Source: a virus
Taxonomy: Duplodnaviria; Caudoviricetes
IMG/VR virus record: IMGVR_UViG_3300046678_000974
Coordinates: 12,409 to 76,408 of that record
DNA: 64,000 nt
Direction: 5' to 3' (one strand)
Positions 57,120-64,000 of this stretch are shown piece by piece. Numbering within the stretch: the stretch's first letter is position 1; each line of letters begins with the position of its first letter. The position numbers were made by a program, and so were the translations under genes. Under the pieces are notes generated by a model. That model was given only the letters and a program-made list of their open reading frames with translations. It ran no database searches and had not been told where the DNA came from.

Positions 57120-57308
57120 ATGCCGGTAGACAGGGGAGAACGAGCGAAAATCGCGATGTTGTGTGAGTTGGTTGCGCAATTGAAGGAGTTCAACGCCAAG
57201 TTGGAAGTGTCTATTGCGAGGCTGTATTCTGATATTGCCCCTACTTCCCCAGATGGCTCTCCGAGCATTTTTTCGGTTCCCTCCGACGAGGTAGACGAGG
57301 AAGAGTGA
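57120..57308 (+). CDS. Hypothetical protein
   Basis: TTGACA-17-TACATA promoter at 57065 and GGAG RBS. Confidence 0.5.
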   Translation: MPVDRGERAKIAMLCELVAQLKEFNAKLEVSIARLYSDIAPTSPDGSPSIFSVPSDEVDEEE

Positions 57309-57348
57309 GCTTGATCGGTGGCCTTGCGGGCCGCCGCAAGCTTTTTTG

Positions 57349-57654
57349 TTATGCGGCGTCGGTAGGATGAGGCCAGAGACGATAGATGCGGACGAAGAGT
57401 CCATTGATTTGTTGCAGATCGTGTTTGGTGGCTGCCATATTTTGTGCATTAGGGGCATTATCGAGACAGCAGGCGCTGTGTTTGAGAAGACCGGCGAGTT
57501 CGTGTAACTCGGTGATCAATTCCAAGAGAACTTGATTATTTGTTGACGGCACTATAGTAGCCACCGATTCGATTGGCGGCATCTTGTAGGGATTTGATAA
57601 GTTTGCTGCGTTCTGGTTCGTTTGGTATGTCATGATCTGAGAGCCAACTGACAT
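57349..57654 (-). CDS. Hypothetical protein (start uncertain)
   Basis: Overlaps the upstream gene's 3' end. Confidence 0.35.
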   Translation of the reverse strand: MSVGSQIMTYQTNQNAANLSNPYKMPPIESVATIVPSTNNQVLLELITELHELAGLLKHSACCLDNAPNAQNMAATKHDLQQINGLFVRIYRLWPHPTDAA

Positions 57655-58195
57655 GCAGCATGCCGATCACCTGATTGGACAGGTCATTTATCGGCACAAA
57701 GAGGCCGACCTTGGTACCGCGTCGCATGGTGATATCTTTGAGGGTGCCATTGCGCAGGTCCTTGGTTTCGATCCAGACGGCATGCTGTGAGACCATTTCT
57801 GGTAGTAGTTGGGCGAAGGCGCTGGCTGGTAGATTGGCGACTTCTTCTTGATTGGCGGAGACACCGGGGGAGGTAATGATGGTTTCGACTGAGACGAAGA
57901 AGAGGCTATTATTTCCGACATCATGGACGCTATTGTGGAAACGAGCGATACTAATGCGGTTGGCATTGAACTGGCTCAGGAAGTCATTGAGCATTGCGTC
58001 GATAACGGTATAGGTAGCGACGGTTTTCTTGAACTTGGTATAGCTGCCGACGTAGGCTTCACCGAACTTTGATGCGTAGGAACCGGTGAACATAATAGCG
58101 CCATAGCCGATAACGCCGAGAAGTACGAGGGTGATGACGAACGGGACGTGTTGCCGCATCCACTCTGCGAGGGTTGGGATGTCGCGAAGTTCCAT
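57536..58195 (-). CDS. Single-TM protein with GAF-like domain (T4 holin T-like architecture)
   Basis: TM aa ~19-36; ANRISIARFHNS...GLFVPINDLSNQVIGMLHVSW GAF-like strands; 219 aa. Confidence 0.5.
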   Translation of the reverse strand: MELRDIPTLAEWMRQHVPFVITLVLLGVIGYGAIMFTGSYASKFGEAYVGSYTKFKKTVATYTVIDAMLNDFLSQFNANRISIARFHNSVHDVGNNSLFFVSVETIITSPGVSANQEEVANLPASAFAQLLPEMVSQHAVWIETKDLRNGTLKDITMRRGTKVGLFVPINDLSNQVIGMLHVSWLSDHDIPNEPERSKLIKSLQDAANRIGGYYSAVNK

Positions 58196-58213
58196 ACCTC
58201 TAGTTATCTCAAG

Positions 58214-58834
58214 TTATCTATGGATCGTGATCAAACACCCTGCGACGAGGGTGACGACCATACCGAACAGGGCTGCTTGGCCATAGCGTTGGGCCATATG
58301 CTCATTAGTGATGTACACGGTGACCGCTTTCAATTGGATGCTATCGAGGGAGACTCGGATACTATCCATGAGATTTTTACCGAGATGTTTTAGTACTTCG
58401 CCACTGGCAGCTTGTAGACCTGCGTTATTTCTCACATCGATAGTGTATTGCAGTTCTTGTAGTTTACGAGTGATCAGTTCATTGGTTGTGGAGACGTGTT
58501 CGATTTCTCCGACGGGTAAGGCGGCATCGGTAAGGATTTGCATATTGGTTTCGATATGGGTGAGTGCCTCATGATAAGGGGCAAGATAGCCTATATCGCC
58601 GGTGATGATATAGCCACGTTGGCCGGTTTCGGCATTGAGCAGAGTGACCATTAGAGCATGGGCGGCATTTTCAGCGGATTGGGCTTGATCGATTTTTTGT
58701 ATGATTGCGCTGAATTGCCAGCAGGCGGCGACGGTCATGATCAAGCTGATAACAAAGATCACGGAGAAAAACATACGCATGAGATATTTATATGTTTTGT
58801 GTCGTACTAGATAACGTGATTGATATGGGTTCAT
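58214..58834 (-). CDS. Stand-alone CHASE3 sensor-domain membrane protein
   Basis: TM1, LLNAETGQRGYIITGDIGYLAPY, GKNLMDSIR, TM2, then stop. Confidence 0.85.
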   Translation of the reverse strand: MNPYQSRYLVRHKTYKYLMRMFFSVIFVISLIMTVAACWQFSAIIQKIDQAQSAENAAHALMVTLLNAETGQRGYIITGDIGYLAPYHEALTHIETNMQILTDAALPVGEIEHVSTTNELITRKLQELQYTIDVRNNAGLQAASGEVLKHLGKNLMDSIRVSLDSIQLKAVTVYITNEHMAQRYGQAALFGMVVTLVAGCLITIHR

Positions 58835-60345
58835 TGGGTTCGCACGTTAGTTGAGGTTGCTGGTGAATTGCTGCCTTTTTGTGGTGATTGGCCAGCTTGG
58901 GCCAATTTGAGTTGGTTGGCTAGGAGTTTTTCCTGATCTTGTTCGATTTCGCCTAATTCGGCATCGATATCTTCATATTTGAAGAACTTGTTAAGTTGGC
59001 GCAGGGCTTCTTTCTTCGACATAAGACCGCCTTGTACGAGTGCAACGATTGTTGCACTTTCTGTTTGTTGGTCGAATGGAGTAGCGGGGAACCAATCTGG
59101 GTAGATCAATTCGAATGATACATTGGTCGCAGACATATTGGTACGCTTGCCTTTGACGATGATCGGTACTTTGTTGGCGATCATCAGCATCATATTGAGT
59201 AGTTGGCGGATGCCAATCTCGCAATAGCTTTCTCGCAGGGTAGAAGCTAGTTGTACTGTCGGCAGATAGAGGAATCTTTGTACCACGGAGCTATGTGAAG
59301 TGGCGATCTTTGATGGATCGGCTCGATTGGAATGGATTGAGTGCAGGGCTTCGTCTTTTAGCTCTTTGACGGTATCGATGATGGCGTGTGCGGCATCACC
59401 GGTGATTTCGAGTACTTTGGCATCGCCTTCGACCCCCAGAACCAATGCATTACCTTCGGCGCGTACGAAATCAGCGACTTGGCTTGGATTGCGAACTTTG
59501 AAGACCATCAAGGGGTCGGATGCGTATTTCAAAGCGGCATCGGAACGACTCATTAGGTAATCTATTTGGACTGCGTTTTCGATGGCTGGTTCGAAGGTGC
59601 AAAGACCATCTATTTGGTTTCCGCCGGGTAGATTTTTGATCCAGACGAATGGTACGAAGCCCAAATTGTGTTGAACTGAGCGAGTTGGGTCGATTCTGGG
59701 GCGATAATTTTCATCATGGGTGACTTCCCATGGTTCGAACCACGTTTCTGCGTCATTATCCCAGATGCGTTGGAACCAAAACCACTTATTCATGGCTAGT
59801 TTGTCGATTTGGTAGCCTGCATTGAGTAAATCGCGACCTTGTAGTTTGTATTTTTCTGTTAATTTGATGAGTTTTTGTGGATCGAGAGGATCGAATTGTG
59901 GTGTTAGGAAGGTGGTCCAATGCGCAAGTGGGAAGAATCGGTTATTGAGGACGCGGATTTGGATAGCGACGGAACCGATGGCACCTTTATAGGCGGCATC
60001 TTGCATCAGGTAGACTAGATGGCTGTCTTGGATGACATCTTCGCACCATTGTTGGACGTTTTGGTCTTCGGTGAGGATACTTGGGAAGCGATCTTCACCA
60101 AACATGAAGGATGTGGACTCTTCGACCACGGATCGCATCAAGTTCAGTCCAGTATTGGTAGATGGGGCGCGATTGATCTCTTCGATGTACCGAACTGCTG
60201 ATTTTCCGACGTATTGCTGATAGTAGCCGTACTCGAAGCAGTCGTAGAGGGTACCCTCTAGGATTTTCTGGTAGATGAAGAGGTCATAGTACCGATCAGG
60301 CAGTTGTTTGTCCTTAACGGTTTTCTCTCGAATGATGCTATACAT
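58831..60345 (-). CDS. Portal protein
   Basis: 504 aa; HNLGFVPFVW, QIDYLMSR...LKYASDPLMVF, SKKEAL; SPP1 gp6-like layout. Confidence 0.8.
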   Translation of the reverse strand: MYSIIREKTVKDKQLPDRYYDLFIYQKILEGTLYDCFEYGYYQQYVGKSAVRYIEEINRAPSTNTGLNLMRSVVEESTSFMFGEDRFPSILTEDQNVQQWCEDVIQDSHLVYLMQDAAYKGAIGSVAIQIRVLNNRFFPLAHWTTFLTPQFDPLDPQKLIKLTEKYKLQGRDLLNAGYQIDKLAMNKWFWFQRIWDNDAETWFEPWEVTHDENYRPRIDPTRSVQHNLGFVPFVWIKNLPGGNQIDGLCTFEPAIENAVQIDYLMSRSDAALKYASDPLMVFKVRNPSQVADFVRAEGNALVLGVEGDAKVLEITGDAAHAIIDTVKELKDEALHSIHSNRADPSKIATSHSSVVQRFLYLPTVQLASTLRESYCEIGIRQLLNMMLMIANKVPIIVKGKRTNMSATNVSFELIYPDWFPATPFDQQTESATIVALVQGGLMSKKEALRQLNKFFKYEDIDAELGEIEQDQEKLLANQLKLAQAGQSPQKGSNSPATSTNVRTQ

Positions 60346-60408
60346 GATGACCTATTTAAGGTTGAGAAGATCGCTACTGGCTAAATATTGGCATCTAAGG
60401 GGTAAAAC

Positions 60409-60921
60409 GTGATGGGTGTTGTTGCCAATTCTGCATATCAAGAGGGATTAGCCCTCAAGGCCAATTCGGCGGATGTGATTGCCAGTTCCAATCCGATTGG
60501 GTTGAATGATCTGGTCGCTGATGCATTTTCGTTATCTGGTGTGCCTGTTGGTGGCAGTGGTTCGCCCGCCAGTCAGACGGTGGCTGGTCCTGTAGTGTTT
60601 TCTGGTGCGGTGACCTTCAGCGCTGGTCTATTGGGTCATGTGGTGGTTCTGAGCGTAGCTGGGCCGTATACGGTGGCAGCGACGGATCGTTATGTGTTGG
60701 TCAACTTTGCTGGTGCGATGATCGTCAACTTGCCGGCGGCGCCGGTGATTGGTCGTTTGGTGACTGTGAAGGACATATCTGGTTTAGCAGCAACCAATGT
60801 GATCACCGTGAAGGGGACGCAGAACATTGATGGTATTACTGGATCGACCGGTGTGGTGGTCAATACGGCGTATGGATCGGTTGATGTGGTGTATAATGGA
60901 ACCACCTGGAGCATCTTGTAA
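60409..60921 (+). CDS. Short tail-fibre module protein, paralog 3 of 3
   Basis: TDRYVLV...GRLVTVKDISGLAATNVITVKGTQNIDG...YNGTTW. Confidence 0.75.
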   Translation: MMGVVANSAYQEGLALKANSADVIASSNPIGLNDLVADAFSLSGVPVGGSGSPASQTVAGPVVFSGAVTFSAGLLGHVVVLSVAGPYTVAATDRYVLVNFAGAMIVNLPAAPVIGRLVTVKDISGLAATNVITVKGTQNIDGITGSTGVVVNTAYGSVDVVYNGTTWSIL

Positions 60922-61019
60922 TGGCAAAACGACCAAAACCTCGACCGGTTCCGGCAAAACCGACCATTACATCGGTCAAGCCAACGAGTAATGAATCGGT
61001 TTCATTGATCTGGAGATGA
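60921..61019 (+). CDS. 32-aa mini-ORF encoding FN3 strands A-B
   Basis: TAATG-coupled; MAKRPKPRPVPAKPTITSVKPTSNESVSLIWR; stop AGA-TGA-C lies 1 nt before the next ATG. Confidence 0.5.
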   Translation: MAKRPKPRPVPAKPTITSVKPTSNESVSLIWR

Positions 61020-61020
61020 C

Positions 61021-63267
61021 ATGCCGTTAACCTATCAACCTGCATTTCGTGTACATGGCACGACGACATGGATCAATTTTGGTCAACCGGTGACGAGCAC
61101 GAGTGTATTGATCACTGGATTGTCGCCATCAACGCAGTATGATTTTCAGATTACTTCGATCAATGCGTTTGGTTCGACGCCGAGTACACCGATTTCCGCG
61201 ACCACACCGGCGGTTACGACGATCAACAGTATTGGTCTAGCGCCGCAGACATTTTCTGCTGGTTCAGCGATTGGTACCACGGTTGGTACTGTGACGGTTA
61301 CCATGTCATCGGGCAATTTTACTGGTGCATTGACAGTGACTGGTACCGATGCTGGATCATTTACCAGTCCTATTGTTGGCAATCTGTTGAAGTTGGCAGT
61401 TGGTAATACGACTGTGAAGACCTATAGCATCAACATTGTTGCCACACAAAGTGGGGTGACCACATTTACCCAGCCCTTCAGCATTACTGCTACATCAGCA
61501 GTTACTGAGGCATCGGAAGGTGCGTTGATTACGACTATTGGTCCGGTGATGAATGCTTCACTTACCAAATACGTGGCTCAGTCTTCACCCCCATGGAATG
61601 TGTTTGCGCTGATTAATACTGGTACCGGTCGTGATCCGCAGATCAGTTTGGACACGGGGAGTGGTCCCCAGGTATTGCCACAGAGTGGTTTGGTTGCCAA
61701 ACTGGCATATCACAATCACGTTGAATGGCAGTTCAATGGCACGAATTGGTATTGGTGGGATACGGCGTCGAGTGCCACACCGGACAAGTTCACATTGTGG
61801 ACGATTAACAGTGTCAATTTGTCAGGTAATGGCACTTATACGCCTAATTTGGCGGCGAATCAGCCAGTTAGTACTGTCTCTGTTGTGCAGTCTGATGGTC
61901 AGACATTTCAGGGGACCTATTCGGTTGTCTCGACACCGAGTGGTGCCTTCAAGATGGTTGGTGCGGTATTGACGTCGAATGTGGTTTTGAGTGCATCAAG
62001 TTATAGTGTGACTGTGACAGCGACGCCGAATGTAGTTGTTGAAGGTGCATTATCGACTACAGTCAATTTGACGAATGGTACTGTTTCTAATGTCCAAGTA
62101 CCTCTCGGCATCCATCTTGGGAATGGATTGTTCTCATCTGCTGCACCTTATGGCAGCACGAATCTGCATTGGAATGGTGTGATTAGCGCTATGGGGCGTA
62201 CTCCGGCAGTTTTAGGAGCTACGGGGGCTAATACGTTTGGTGGTTTTGCTGGTGGATCACCCCCGCCTAATTGGGGAGCAGGTGATTTAGGTAGTTGGCA
62301 AGGTGCGAGTATTCCGACCAATGGTAGTGTGACTCCTCTGCTTACTTGGTCGTTTACTGATGGAACGACTGATCAGGCATTTTCTGCTTATGCGGCAATA
62401 GGCACGGCGAGTGAACCATCATATGGTGGGCAGAAACTATCTTTCTGGATTCAGAATAGTCTCACGCAATGGAAAAATGCTGGTTTCACCAAAGTTTATA
62501 TCCGCGTGAACTGGGAGTTTCAATCTAGTACATCTACTGGTGGTCCTATTGGAGGATTTGGGGTTGGTAGCACAGGAAACTTGCCAATTTGGCGCAATGC
62601 TTGGCGGGGTTTCTGTAATGCAGCCCATGGTGTCTCTGGACTTACTGTAAAGATGGTTTGGTGTCCAGCAACGGCGAATGATACTGGTGATCCAGCCGTT
62701 CCTCCTTTTGGAGCGATATTGAATTATTTTCCTGCTGTGAATAGTGGGTCTGGTTTTACTGGTGCAGCCGCTGATGGCTTTGCTCCGGCTGCTGTTGGTG
62801 GTAAGTTTGTTGATGTTATAGGACCTGATTTGTATGCCTTTGGTGGCGGTGGATTATCGTATCCGGATGAAGTTGATCCCACGAGTTTGACGACTACGAC
62901 TGCATGGTTTTTTGATTCTTGTGTGAAGATTGCCCAATCACAGGGATTGACTTTTGGCATATCTGAGTTTGGGGATTTTTCAGGCCAAACTGAGGCTACT
63001 GCTAGGGCTTGGGACCCGACCTATAGTCAAGGAGGGCGCACTGGTGGTTGGACTCCCAATCATTTTTTCAACTATATGAACAATCTTAAAAATCTCAGTC
63101 CTGCGGTGCCTATTGAGTTCATATGCATCTATGACGTCAATGTCGCCCCATTACTAATTCCATTCAGCAACATGTCACAGACCAACAGTGATTTGATGGG
63201 TTATCGGAAAATCCTTGGCCTAGGAGGCACTGCTCCGACTCCGATAATGACAATTGCTGTGCCATAA
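61021..63267 (+). CDS. Fibre protein: FN3 C-G fragment + cadherin/Ig-like domains + GH26-like glycosidase
   Basis: MPLTYQPAFRVHG...YDFQITSIN; KVYIRVNWEF, VDVIGPDLY and FGISEFG GH26-like motifs with both Glu present. Confidence 0.75.
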   Translation: MPLTYQPAFRVHGTTTWINFGQPVTSTSVLITGLSPSTQYDFQITSINAFGSTPSTPISATTPAVTTINSIGLAPQTFSAGSAIGTTVGTVTVTMSSGNFTGALTVTGTDAGSFTSPIVGNLLKLAVGNTTVKTYSINIVATQSGVTTFTQPFSITATSAVTEASEGALITTIGPVMNASLTKYVAQSSPPWNVFALINTGTGRDPQISLDTGSGPQVLPQSGLVAKLAYHNHVEWQFNGTNWYWWDTASSATPDKFTLWTINSVNLSGNGTYTPNLAANQPVSTVSVVQSDGQTFQGTYSVVSTPSGAFKMVGAVLTSNVVLSASSYSVTVTATPNVVVEGALSTTVNLTNGTVSNVQVPLGIHLGNGLFSSAAPYGSTNLHWNGVISAMGRTPAVLGATGANTFGGFAGGSPPPNWGAGDLGSWQGASIPTNGSVTPLLTWSFTDGTTDQAFSAYAAIGTASEPSYGGQKLSFWIQNSLTQWKNAGFTKVYIRVNWEFQSSTSTGGPIGGFGVGSTGNLPIWRNAWRGFCNAAHGVSGLTVKMVWCPATANDTGDPAVPPFGAILNYFPAVNSGSGFTGAAADGFAPAAVGGKFVDVIGPDLYAFGGGGLSYPDEVDPTSLTTTTAWFFDSCVKIAQSQGLTFGISEFGDFSGQTEATARAWDPTYSQGGRTGGWTPNHFFNYMNNLKNLSPAVPIEFICIYDVNVAPLLIPFSNMSQTNSDLMGYRKILGLGGTAPTPIMTIAVP

Positions 63268-63275
63268 ATATCGTT

Positions 63276-64000
63276 ATGACCATTTCCTACAATGTTTTGT
63301 ATCGTGTGCATGGCACCACTACTTGGACAACGTTTGGTAATACCGCTTTAACAACGGTTACAGTTACTGGTCTTAATCCAAATACTTCGTATGATTTTGA
63401 AGTACAAGCGGTCAATGAGGTTGGTACGGCTACCTCCAACATTGTGCAGGGCAGTACCTTGGGTGGTGTGACGTTCACTAGCATCACGCTATCGTCTCAG
63501 ACATTCACTGCTGGATCGAATGTTGGCACGCCGGTTGGCACAATCTCTGTTGGGCTATCATCAGGTACTTTCAATGGTGCATTCCAACCGATCACTGGGC
63601 CGGATGCAGCGTTCTTCCAAATTGTCTCTGGGGTGTTACAATTAGCGGTCAATAATACAACGGCTCGCTCGTATAACATTTCTATTACGGTCAATCAGAG
63701 CGGTGTGACCAATACGCCTTTCACACAAGCATTCCCGAATATTGTCGCCAGTGTGGGTTCGCTTGAAGCTAGCGAAGGTGCTCTGATTCAGACTATTGGT
63801 CCTACGATGAATGCTTCGCGTACCAAATACGTGGCTCAGTCAACTGGGCCGTGGAATGTGTTTGCGCTGATTAATACTGGTACCGGTCGTGATCCGCAGA
63901 TCAGTTTGGACACGGGGAGTGGTCCCCAGGTATTGCCACAGAGTGGTTTGGTTGCCAAACTGGCATATCACAATCACGTTGAATGGCAGTTCAATGGCAC
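63276..64000 (+). CDS. Paralogous fibre protein (FN3 C-G fragment + Ig-like domain), 3'-truncated
   Basis: Open to the window end: MTISYNVLYRVHGTTTWTTFG...YDFEVQAVNEVG...; absent from the ORF track because it has no stop. Confidence 0.8.
   Translation, partial: MTISYNVLYRVHGTTTWTTFGNTALTTVTVTGLNPNTSYDFEVQAVNEVGTATSNIVQGSTLGGVTFTSITLSSQTFTAGSNVGTPVGTISVGLSSGTFNGAFQPITGPDAAFFQIVSGVLQLAVNNTTARSYNISITVNQSGVTNTPFTQAFPNIVASVGSLEASEGALIQTIGPTMNASRTKYVAQSTGPWNVFALINTGTGRDPQISLDTGSGPQVLPQSGLVAKLAYHNHVEWQFNG
63852..64000 (+). repeat. At least 149-bp perfect direct repeat of 61594-61742
   Basis: Identical sequence tggaatgtgtttgcg...ttcaatggcac. Confidence 0.95.

Noticed and set aside
61594-64000. Diversity-generating retroelement (TR/VR pair)
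   Set aside because: The repeat copies are identical with no adenine-specific mismatches, both are mid-gene, and no reverse transcriptase is in the window.
1-64000. CRISPR array, integrase or transposase
   Set aside because: No repeat-spacer periodicity and no recombinase motifs were recognised; the tandem repeats found are coding Pro/Gly linkers.

Overview
This is a 64-kb segment of a large tailed dsDNA phage genome with a contractile-type (Mu/P2-like) baseplate. An alphaproteobacterial host is my inference only. No major capsid, sheath/tube, polymerase or integrase gene was recognised in the window. Contents: 3' end of the tape measure gene (with a tail lysozyme domain), hub and spike (1-4.2 kb); an ~18-kb mostly opposite-strand cassette of fibre/spike genes plus a GH24 lysozyme (5.5-23.6 kb); the rest of the baseplate (W/gp25, J, I) and more fibres (26.4-35.6 kb); glycosyltransferases, terminase large subunit, head-completion-like genes and an MT-A70 methylase (36-45 kb); small early genes behind repeated promoters (45-53 kb); a tRNA-like element, terS-like gene, lysis-like membrane genes, an orphan CHASE3 sensor and the portal (53-60.3 kb); two paralogous FN3/glycosidase fibres (61-64 kb). 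Main observations: (1) fibronectin-III domains split at the same point, into four orphan A-B strand pieces (two of them inserted in loops of the baseplate SPRY domain) and two orphan C-G pieces at the N-termini of fibre proteins. This suggests a strand-complementation docking system. (2) Seven clan GH-A TIM-barrel domains in four giant, probably virion-associated proteins; three have lost both catalytic glutamates. (3) A stand-alone two-TM CHASE3 sensor next to a TM-GAF holin-like gene. All family assignments come from motif recognition by eye; no database or HMM search was run.
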